64,000 nt of DNA from a virus, in the IMG/VR virus record IMGVR_UViG_3300006094_000039, positions 5,230 to 69,229 of that record, one strand, 5' to 3'. A program made the position numbers and the translations under genes. Of the stretch, positions 46,881-54,816 are shown piece by piece (position 1 is the stretch's first letter; each line of letters begins with the position of its first letter). The notes beneath the pieces were generated by a model. It ran no database searches, was not told where the DNA came from, and saw only the letters and a list, made by a program, of their open reading frames with translations.

Positions 46881-47614
46881 AGTGTGTGCATCTCTACTTT
46901 GTCATCCGAGATCTCCACCTCAAATTTTCCAAAAACTTTTACGTAATAGTTGATATGATGATCCTGGTGCTCTTTGAGATGGAGCCATTCAATCTTTTCC
47001 AGCCCCTCGGGATGACCTTCAGCCTCACAGTCCGGGCACCTAACTTCCCCTTTTGGCAGAAAAATAGGTTCATCTTTAATGATGCCCTGAGCCTTCACAT
47101 TGTCAGGCTTTCCACAAACAGGGCATGAGACAGGCTTTCCCTCTATCCAGGGGCCTTCTCTCTTCCAGGTGTGACTGCATTCCTCACAATGGTATTCTCC
47201 CAGATCCCTGGCACCGCACCTCAGGCACTGCCACTCATTTCTTGTGCCACAGGATGGACAGGTCAGCCTGCCCTGGCCATCCCACTTAAAAGAGGCACCG
47301 CAGACTTCACATTCATAATCAGTCCAGATGGTGATGTATCCTCTTCTATAGACTTCCACCTGGTCCTCAGGACTGACAGAGACCTCTACCACAGCCCTGT
47401 CTGAGGCCTCTGGCCAGGTCTCACCATTACTGGTTTTATAGACCAGCTCAGCCAGCTCTGGATCAAAGGGCATGAGAAGGATCTTAGAGAGAGCCACCTG
47501 GCTCTCACCCCATTGAATCTCCTCACCAGTATCAGGCTTAAATTGAGGAATGCAGGTCCTTCCATCTGGAAAGACCTTCACCCAGTAGTATTTCAGCAGG
47601 GGTCTCTCAGCCAT
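46877..47614 (-). CDS. Multi-zinc-ribbon protein (6 CxxC)
   Basis: CEVC, CPSC, CLRC, CEEC, CPVC, CPDC. Confidence 0.7.
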   Translation of the reverse strand: MAERPLLKYYWVKVFPDGRTCIPQFKPDTGEEIQWGESQVALSKILLMPFDPELAELVYKTSNGETWPEASDRAVVEVSVSPEDQVEVYRRGYITIWTDYECEVCGASFKWDGQGRLTCPSCGTRNEWQCLRCGARDLGEYHCEECSHTWKREGPWIEGKPVSCPVCGKPDNVKAQGIIKDEPIFLPKGEVRCPDCEAEGHPEGLEKIEWLHLKEHQDHHINYYVKVFGKFEVEISDDKVEMHTL

Positions 47615-47627
47615 TCACACCAAAGTG

Positions 47628-48203
47628 TTAAATTTCGTCGTACCTCAGGGTGAAAGTGATGTTAGCCTTGTCTCCTTGAGTGGCATCAGGTGCTATCTTT
47701 GCCTGAGAGAGCACATGCTTTGAGTGTCCAGCTGTGGTGTACTCTGTGGAGTCTATGAGCAGTGGGCTGGCTGAAGTATAGTTATCAGCGTCTGCAGGGT
47801 CTGCCGTTTGAGATTTGAAATAGTCATGGCCATTGGTGGCATCCTTGATGTAGTATCCACTCTCACCCTGAGTACCACTGGCCTGCTCATAAGAGGCATC
47901 AGGACAGCCGTTATCTCCAGTATCTCTCCTGGCAACCAGGAGCATACCACCAGTGCCCAGGCCCCAAGTGGACTTGATATTTCCAGGCCCAAACCACCTG
48001 ATATTGGAGATCTTAGTGAACGTACCCGAGAATGTCAGCCTGAATGATTTCCAATAGGAATAGTTGAAGCTGGACTGAGGCACCACACATGGATCATTAT
48101 CCCCAGGATTGTAAGCATCCCTGGTACAATATCTCCCCTGAGTGATAACCGTCCAGGTTGGAGATGCTCCATTTCCTTCCTCAACGTTAACAGTTGCCGT
48201 CAT
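47628..48203 (-). CDS. Probable virion structural protein (beta-sandwich)
   Basis: In the structural operon; Thr/Ser/Gly-rich; ends TFTLRYDEI. Confidence 0.6.
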   Translation of the reverse strand: MTATVNVEEGNGASPTWTVITQGRYCTRDAYNPGDNDPCVVPQSSFNYSYWKSFRLTFSGTFTKISNIRWFGPGNIKSTWGLGTGGMLLVARRDTGDNGCPDASYEQASGTQGESGYYIKDATNGHDYFKSQTADPADADNYTSASPLLIDSTEYTTAGHSKHVLSQAKIAPDATQGDKANITFTLRYDEI

Positions 48204-48207
48204 AGTG

Positions 48208-48669
48208 TCACCTTTTAATTAGGAAAATGTCGGATAGAGACTGAAACACCTCGTCTTCCATAGATTTGGTCAGTCTCTCCCAGTTTTCGTCAAAGGGCAC
48301 TCTGAGGAAGCTCCTGGTAGGGATTACCTGGTCTTCATTCCAGGTAGTGCTCTCTTCATCAGCAGGATAACCAAATTCGTGGACTATGCCATACCAGGCT
48401 GTCTCATCGAAGACTCCCACCATGCAGCCCAACTTATTCCCTTGAACCCAGGGCTTTCTATTTACACTGCCCAAGAGGTGGGTAGAATCAATAAGGGTCT
48501 TAGAAGACCTCTTTCTCCTAATGGTGGCTCTCTTAAGGGGAGGAGGTATTTTCCCCTCCTGAATCCTGGCTTCCACTAATTCTTCGAATTTTTCTCCATA
48601 TTTATCTACTATCTGAGCCAGATCAAGCCTTCTTCTATCCATCAGAGCCTCCATAGGTTTGTGCCCCAA
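48208..48669 (-). CDS. Virion morphogenesis/neck protein (Mu gpG/tail-S-like)
   Basis: PPLKRATIRRK, LIDSTHL, IVHEFG, IPTRSFLR. Confidence 0.8.
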   Translation of the reverse strand: MGHKPMEALMDRRRLDLAQIVDKYGEKFEELVEARIQEGKIPPPLKRATIRRKRSSKTLIDSTHLLGSVNRKPWVQGNKLGCMVGVFDETAWYGIVHEFGYPADEESTTWNEDQVIPTRSFLRVPFDENWERLTKSMEDEVFQSLSDIFLIKR

Positions 48670-48751
48670 TGGAAAATGAATAATTGCGCCTATAAATAGT
48701 TAATCTAACATAAAATAGGTTATTTTCAAAAATAGGACCAAATTAAGGCTT

Positions 48752-48776
48752 TTTAGAAAATAAGGCTTAAAATTGG
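48752..48776. repeat. 25-bp direct repeat, copy 1 (U-rich terminator-like on the minus strand)
   Basis: TTTAGAAAATAAGGCTTAAAATTGG; 24/25 identical to 52599-52623. Confidence 0.8.
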
Positions 48777-51700
48777 GCTTTTCCTGGCCTTAATCTCTTT
48801 TGGTAATCTATTTTATCAGTTGGAGAATAAGAAGATCCTTCAGAGTCATATAATTCTGGCTCTTCTTTTCCTGTTGGTCTGACAGAAGGCCCTTGGATAA
48901 TGTCAGTGGAAGAGTAGGGGCTCCCCTGGGAGAGGATAGGCTCCTGGGGCAGCTCAGGCTCTGTAGGTCTAAGGTTGGGTCCTTCAATGATGTCAGTCTT
49001 CTCATAGGGAGAGCCCTGTGAAGAGATTACCAGAGGGATCTCCTCTCTGGCAGAAGGCCTGAGCTTCCTGGGCTTCTCGCCTGGCAGGATAATCTTAATC
49101 TGGGCTCCATAGCCAGTCTCTATGTCCATCTTCATGGCTTTCATGGCCATCCCGTAGTGGATGTCCCTATGGCCCCAGATCCTTAGGCTGGCTCGATAAT
49201 GGATGACACTTAGAGTATAGAGGCTCAGGCCTATCTCATAGTAGGTCTCTAAAGCTCTCTCTACAAGGAGGTCTGCAGCATAAACTCTATTCCAGGGCTT
49301 CTTAACTCTGAGGCCTATGAAATAAAGAATCTGCAGGGCCTTTCTCATTATCATATCGGCAGAATAAGTGACGGTTAACCTATTTATCAGCTTGAGATTA
49401 GCACTATAGTCCTGGGAGAATGCTTTCTCCAGGGTGATATTGGCATCATATCTCTTATTCAATATCAATTTCAGGAGCATGTCTGCTGGATAGCTCAAAG
49501 TTGCATCTCTCTTTAAAAGGAGGAGATCAGCAGTGTACTCCAGGGGCACATGCTTTCTTAGAAGCATGTCCATGTTTTCGGTGACATCAAAGGCCTTCTC
49601 GATATCGATATCTGTAACATAAGTAAGGTCCTGGGTCATCTTTAAGCAGGCTGCCATTTCATAAGCAGCATCCACATCCCTCTTTTTCAAGAGAAGATCT
49701 GAAGCTAAAGTCATCTCCAGAGTCCTCTTCACTACCAGGCTCTGGGCATAGCTGGCCTCCTGGACTTTCTTCACTACCAGATCTGCAGCATAAGCCAGCT
49801 CAAAGACCTTCTCCAGAAGAATGTCTGCAGAATAGACGTGCTCCAGGGTCTTCCTGACCAGGAGATCCATGCCATAGTCCTGGCTCAGGGCTTTTCTCAT
49901 GGAGAGATCTGCAGAGTAGGTCCCCTCCAGGATTAATTTCAGCACCAGGTCAGAGGCATAGGTGGTCTCCAGGCTTCTCTTTTGTAGGAGGAGATCTGCA
50001 GCATAAGTCTTCTCCAGTGAATCCTTCAGCCATATATCAGCTTCATACTCCAGCTTTCTGCCCGAGGAGAGGAGGAAGCCTGCCTGGTAGGTCTTTTCCA
50101 GGGCCTTCCTGGCCAGGAGATCCAGATCATAGCTGGCAGCCCGGACGCTCTTCAGCACCATGTCCATGTCATAAGGCTGAAAGTGCCTGGTGACCACCAT
50201 CAGCCCAGAGCTATAGGTTAGTGGCTGGCTCTTCTTCAGGAGAATATCTGCCTGCAGCTCCAGCTCCTGGACATTCTTCAGCACCAGGTCAGTGTCATAG
50301 GTAGTCTCCAGCCCCTTCTTTTTGAGGATGAGGTCCATCTGGACCTGGACATCCAGGGCTTTTCTTACCAGCAGATCAGTGTCATAAGTCAGGTTATTGA
50401 CCTCTTCCAGCACCATGTCCAGGGCATAGCTGGCATCCAAAGACTTTATCAGAAGGATATCTGCAGGATAGGTCTTTCCCTGGGCCTTTTTGGTTATCAT
50501 ATTCAGGTCATAGCTGGCAGCCTGGACCCTTTTTATGATCATGCCTGCAGTAAAATCCAGCTCCTGAAGCAGCTTTATGACCAGATCAATATCATAGCTT
50601 TCTGTCTTGGCTTTCTTCACCATCAAATCGATATTGTAGGCCTTATCTAGCTCTCGCTTTTTGAGGAGGAGATCCACCTGGAGCTGGAGATCCTGGGCCT
50701 TCTTTGCTACCATGTCCAGGGCATAAGTGGCATCCTGGACTTTTTTTGCTACCAGATCCACATCAAAGGCCTTTGTCTGGGTTTTTCTTACCAGGAGGTC
50801 GGAGTCATAGGATTCATCCAGAGGCTTTTTCAGGTAGAGATTCGCTTCACAATCTAAATCGAGGGCTTTTTTCAGCAAAATATCAGAATCATAACCCAGT
50901 CCTAAGGCCTTCTTTGTGAGAAGATCAATCAGGTAGGTCTGCTCCTGGGTCTTCTTTATGGCCAGGTTAGCCTGATAGGCCAGGGACTGGGCTTTCTTCA
51001 GGAGCATATTCACATCTGCTGAAGCATCCTGAGTCCTTTTCAGGACTATATCCACATCTGCAGAATAGTCCTGGACCCTTTTCATGACCATATCTAAGCT
51101 ATAAGTCAGATCATAAGTGGCAGAAGCTACCAGCTGAGTATTCAGGTAGAAGGGTGCCAGATAGACCACAAGAGGCAGGTGATTACCTGCAGCCAGAGTA
51201 ACTGTGACAGAATGGGTGTGAGACCTGACAGCAGCCGTCTGAGTGGCCATAGAAGAGACAGATTTATCACTGACATAGGCTGAGCTGGTTCCTGTGAGAT
51301 TGCTGTGAGTATGGGTGTCTGAGCCATCTACAGTGGGATTTGCATCTCCACCATAGAGACAGCAGTCGTTCCAGCCTGTGATAGCAGTCCATATTGCAGA
51401 TGGTGCCCCATCGAAGAAGCAGACCACATTAACAGGGATGCTGGTAGTGTTTTTGTTAGCAGTATAGAGCCTGGTAGTTACTTTCTTGGGCAGAGTGGTG
51501 GCCGTATTTGAAGTAGCTGAGAAGGTGTGAGTATGGGCATTATTATTGGTAACTACAACTGAGCTGGTGAAAGGAGTGGATGTCCTAATGGCAGTTGTAG
51601 TGAAAGAATTAAGTGTAAAGCTGCAGGCATGTCCTGCAGTAGTGGCAGACCTGCCTCCAGTAGTTCCGTAGTCACCAAGTTTTACAAACCTGCTATCTAG

Positions 51701-52105
51701 GGCTGTCTCCCTGGTGAAATCGGCATGAGAGATGGCAGCTGTAGATGCCACCACCACTCCCTGGGGAAATGATTTGACGCTGCTCTCAAAGGTAGTGGCA
51801 TCTATTCTGATCAGAGTGAGAGTGTAATAGGGCGGATCATTATTTTCAGCTCCACACGAGGTCAAAGACAAAGTGTGAGCAGCGTGGACAGCCATGACGT
51901 TGACAGTACTGGAATATACTGAACTGCCACTGCAGTTGCCTATATTATAAGATTGAACGGTGTGAACATGGCTGGCATTGCCTGCTGTGACTCCATGATC
52001 TGCCACAGCATCTCCACATCTGGCATATCTGCCATCATAGGTGGTGATCCTTTCCCAGCCGCTGGGAGCACTATTTCCTTTATAAAAAGCGTATAGATAA
52101 GGCAT
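48767..52105 (-). CDS. 1112-aa fibre-like protein: three HxH units, about 48 x 14-aa repeats, three C-terminal SQGSPY repeats
   Basis: Repeats counted by hand from the translation. Confidence 0.85.
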   Translation of the reverse strand: MPYLYAFYKGNSAPSGWERITTYDGRYARCGDAVADHGVTAGNASHVHTVQSYNIGNCSGSSVYSSTVNVMAVHAAHTLSLTSCGAENNDPPYYTLTLIRIDATTFESSVKSFPQGVVVASTAAISHADFTRETALDSRFVKLGDYGTTGGRSATTAGHACSFTLNSFTTTAIRTSTPFTSSVVVTNNNAHTHTFSATSNTATTLPKKVTTRLYTANKNTTSIPVNVVCFFDGAPSAIWTAITGWNDCCLYGGDANPTVDGSDTHTHSNLTGTSSAYVSDKSVSSMATQTAAVRSHTHSVTVTLAAGNHLPLVVYLAPFYLNTQLVASATYDLTYSLDMVMKRVQDYSADVDIVLKRTQDASADVNMLLKKAQSLAYQANLAIKKTQEQTYLIDLLTKKALGLGYDSDILLKKALDLDCEANLYLKKPLDESYDSDLLVRKTQTKAFDVDLVAKKVQDATYALDMVAKKAQDLQLQVDLLLKKRELDKAYNIDLMVKKAKTESYDIDLVIKLLQELDFTAGMIIKRVQAASYDLNMITKKAQGKTYPADILLIKSLDASYALDMVLEEVNNLTYDTDLLVRKALDVQVQMDLILKKKGLETTYDTDLVLKNVQELELQADILLKKSQPLTYSSGLMVVTRHFQPYDMDMVLKSVRAASYDLDLLARKALEKTYQAGFLLSSGRKLEYEADIWLKDSLEKTYAADLLLQKRSLETTYASDLVLKLILEGTYSADLSMRKALSQDYGMDLLVRKTLEHVYSADILLEKVFELAYAADLVVKKVQEASYAQSLVVKRTLEMTLASDLLLKKRDVDAAYEMAACLKMTQDLTYVTDIDIEKAFDVTENMDMLLRKHVPLEYTADLLLLKRDATLSYPADMLLKLILNKRYDANITLEKAFSQDYSANLKLINRLTVTYSADMIMRKALQILYFIGLRVKKPWNRVYAADLLVERALETYYEIGLSLYTLSVIHYRASLRIWGHRDIHYGMAMKAMKMDIETGYGAQIKIILPGEKPRKLRPSAREEIPLVISSQGSPYEKTDIIEGPNLRPTEPELPQEPILSQGSPYSSTDIIQGPSVRPTGKEEPELYDSEGSSYSPTDKIDYQKRLRPGKAQF

Positions 52106-52124
52106 GGGCGAAAGCCAAAAGAGC

Positions 52125-52553
52125 TTAGGTGGAGGGCACTTCAGACTCCCCTTCCCTGAGCTTCCCTTCCAGCTTCAGCCTGTCTGAAATAGCGTTTCTT
52201 CTCCTCTCAAAAAGGACCACAGGCGGAATGAAATTATTCTGGCCAATAGCTCTGACAAACCTATGGAATTCTGCCATAGCTATGTCCATTTCCCAGTCCT
52301 CGATGATGCCTTTCAGGTGAAGCAGGTCCAGGATTCCATTCATATAGGAGCCATAGGGCTCTGCAGCAGCAGTCAGCTCATCTTCTGTAATCACTCCTTT
52401 GATTACCAAAAGGTCTACTATTGCCTCCACCCTGGCAGCATCCATGTCAGGACAGGCTATGGGCAATGGCTGTCTAGCCTGTTTTCTCTGGCCTTTTCCT
52501 GCCTTCTTTCCATCTTTAGCCATCTTATATCCTCCCATAAGCATGGAAAGCAT
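52125..52553 (-). CDS. Hypothetical helical protein (possible fibre chaperone)
   Basis: Own promoter and GGAGG RBS; internal duplication (LLVIKGVI/LLHLKGII). Confidence 0.6.
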   Translation of the reverse strand: MLSMLMGGYKMAKDGKKAGKGQRKQARQPLPIACPDMDAARVEAIVDLLVIKGVITEDELTAAAEPYGSYMNGILDLLHLKGIIEDWEMDIAMAEFHRFVRAIGQNNFIPPVVLFERRRNAISDRLKLEGKLREGESEVPST

Positions 52554-52598
52554 TCTTACTTAAAGCATTTTCGTTTAAAATACGAATCAATACTTGTA

Positions 52599-52623
52599 TT
52601 TAGAAAATAAAGCTTAAAATTGG
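52599..52623. repeat. 25-bp direct repeat, copy 2
   Basis: TTTAGAAAATAAAGCTTAAAATTGG. Confidence 0.8.
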
Positions 52624-52673
52624 TTTTTAAATCAAAAAGAACCAAAAATAGAAGTAACCTGGAGATTCAGGGC

Positions 52674-53183
52674 TTAAGCCCTCTCTATCTCCAGCATAAG
52701 CCAGCCTTTCTTCATAGCAGCTGGAGTCTCAGTGGTAACCTTTGCCTGAATAATCTGGCCTGCTGCCAAAGCCACAGAGCCCCAGTTAGTGAAGATAGTG
52801 ATAGAAGCTTCCTGAGCATTAGAGAGGGCAGGCTTTGTCCCTGTGCCAGTGATGCTGGCTGCAGCTGCAAGGGTTGCTCCCACCAGGATATCCACCTCAA
52901 CTGTTGCTGCAGCCTCTCTGGAGATGAGAGTGGCCTTCTTGATTGTGCATGCATAGGGAGCCTTTGCCAAACCAAAAGCGTCCTGAGCCACTACAGAGCC
53001 ATCACCATCAATCTCTATGACAATAGTCCCGGCCTTCACCTGGCTCCTGATTACAGCATCAGTGTCCACTGTGCCTGCAGCTACTCCAGAGAGCTTATTT
53101 CCTCCAAAGTTGAAAGGAGGAATTAGCTCCAAGAGCCCCAGCTCTTTGACCACCTGCAAGAATTTCAATGTAGCATTTCCCAT
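52674..53183 (-). CDS. Probable head decoration or accessory virion protein
   Basis: Directly after the capsid gene; GGAGGT RBS; Ala-rich beta-protein. Confidence 0.55.
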   Translation of the reverse strand: MGNATLKFLQVVKELGLLELIPPFNFGGNKLSGVAAGTVDTDAVIRSQVKAGTIVIEIDGDGSVVAQDAFGLAKAPYACTIKKATLISREAAATVEVDILVGATLAAAASITGTGTKPALSNAQEASITIFTNWGSVALAAGQIIQAKVTTETPAAMKKGWLMLEIERA

Positions 53184-53213
53184 GATTTAACCTCCAAAAA
53201 GGAAGACTGGAAC

Positions 53214-54167
53214 TTAAACTCCAGCATTCAGGAAGATGCCACCGTAGGTCTCCTTCACCAGGATGCCAAACTCCAGCCACATTTGAATGATGGTGTCATG
53301 GGTCTCATCGTCCTCATATTTATGGACGTGGAAGCCCATCTTGTTCTCAGTTGCCTGTGGATACTTTGGATTGACTCCATAGTAGAACGTGGCAGGGCTG
53401 AACCTGGTATCCAGGCCCAGGATGGAACCCTCCACTATGGCTGCCTTCATCTTATGGACCCTGATGTTTCCAACTACTGGAATGGAGACCACACTGGAGG
53501 CCATGTTAGGCATGCCCCAGATCTCCTTCTTCTCCTGGACACCTACATTCAGGTTGGTGAGATAGTCCATCAGCTCCCAGTAGTTTGTCTTATTGACATA
53601 TACATCAGTCAGCTCATAGGGATACTCATCCCTCTCCATGTCCTGGGCCATGAGCATGAGATCTCCTACAGGCTTCCTGCCGGTCAAATCAGACCAGGCA
53701 GGTGTGGACTTTGTGGCAAAGTGATTGAATCCAGTCTCAGTGCCTGGATAAACTCCACTTGTAAGGGCTACTCCAAACTGGTAGTTGACAGAATCTACCA
53801 GCCAGTATCCAGCTTTGGTATAGGCCCTCTGGATCTCATCAATGCCCTCAGTGTACCTGATAGCATCCTCATCAATCCTGATCTCCAGGCCTTCAGTGGC
53901 CATAATGGCCGAGACCTCAGTTAGCTGACTGACAGAGACCTTAACAAACTTAGAGCCAGGAGTCCTGATTCTGGGCTTTCTTCTTTTGGGATCGTTCTTT
54001 GCGTTGTAAATCTCTTTGGTGGTCCAGATAGCCTTAGAGGTAGACTGGACCTTATTCATGAAATTGAGCCACTCCAGCTCAGGGTCCAGGATTCTCATGA
54101 TCCTGGCCTCTATGAAATCAGTCTGGAGATACTGCTCATTTGGAAGAGTAACTTTAGTGTCAGACAT
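53214..54167 (-). CDS. Major capsid protein (HK97 fold)
   Basis: 317 aa after the protease and cement genes; GLEIRIDED, PAWSD...PVGDL, DVYVNKTNY.EL, C-terminal GGIFL. Confidence 0.8.
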   Translation of the reverse strand: MSDTKVTLPNEQYLQTDFIEARIMRILDPELEWLNFMNKVQSTSKAIWTTKEIYNAKNDPKRRKPRIRTPGSKFVKVSVSQLTEVSAIMATEGLEIRIDEDAIRYTEGIDEIQRAYTKAGYWLVDSVNYQFGVALTSGVYPGTETGFNHFATKSTPAWSDLTGRKPVGDLMLMAQDMERDEYPYELTDVYVNKTNYWELMDYLTNLNVGVQEKKEIWGMPNMASSVVSIPVVGNIRVHKMKAAIVEGSILGLDTRFSPATFYYGVNPKYPQATENKMGFHVHKYEDDETHDTIIQMWLEFGILVKETYGGIFLNAGV

Positions 54168-54188
54168 TGATAATCACCATCCTGAAGC

Positions 54189-54806
54189 TTATGATACTTT
54201 GTTCACCTGGATGGCACCCAGCCCCAGCAGGCAGGGACCTGTAACATTAACAGAAGTAGAGCCTGCAATGGTGTGGAAGGGCACTACCCCTTTACCTCCA
54301 GAAGCTACATACTTCCACTTCTTATCAGAAAGGTCAAAAGCCAAGTTTGCAGTGGCTCCTATCTCCAGGGTGTCAGCTCCACCGGCGTTCAGAGGCACAA
54401 TAACTTCTCTAAGCATAGTGGACTGAAGACCATAGATCTCAACAGTTGCCTTCCTCAGAAGATCCTGAGAAAGCATAGTGGCCAGGGATGTAACCTCATC
54501 TTCAGTTGCAGGATTATTCTTTGCAGGCTCGATGGTCACGATCTCACCTACAAAGGCATCTCCCGCACTTGCAGCAGCCTTCAATACAGGCAGGCCCCTG
54601 CAGGCATTGTAAGTCAAAGCAGTGTCCTGGAAAATCTGGACCACATCTCCTTCTGCCAGCTCAGCAGCATAGTCCACATCAGTGTGCTTCCTGCCAGTCC
54701 TTCCTATCCGTCCGTTCTTCAGCTGGATATTCCCTTCATAGAGATAACAGGAATATGGGATACCCAGATAGCCAACATCACCAGCATATTGATCAGCTAG
54801 ACTCAT
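54189..54806 (-). CDS. Capsid cement/decoration protein
   Basis: Between scaffold and MCP; LAEGDVV...GEIVTIEP pattern. Confidence 0.6.
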   Translation of the reverse strand: MSLADQYAGDVGYLGIPYSCYLYEGNIQLKNGRIGRTGRKHTDVDYAAELAEGDVVQIFQDTALTYNACRGLPVLKAAASAGDAFVGEIVTIEPAKNNPATEDEVTSLATMLSQDLLRKATVEIYGLQSTMLREVIVPLNAGGADTLEIGATANLAFDLSDKKWKYVASGGKGVVPFHTIAGSTSVNVTGPCLLGLGAIQVNKVS

Positions 54807-54816
54807 GAACTACACC

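Noticed and set aside
44688-52105. Diversity-generating retroelement acting on the fibre genes
   Set aside because: No reverse transcriptase and no near-identical template/variable repeat pair differing at adenines; the repeats are diverged at the DNA level
53283-53924. Long antisense ORFs on the plus strand (for example 53283..53924, 54273..54800, 26830..27333 on minus)
   Set aside because: Shadow frames of well-supported genes, with no motifs or RBS
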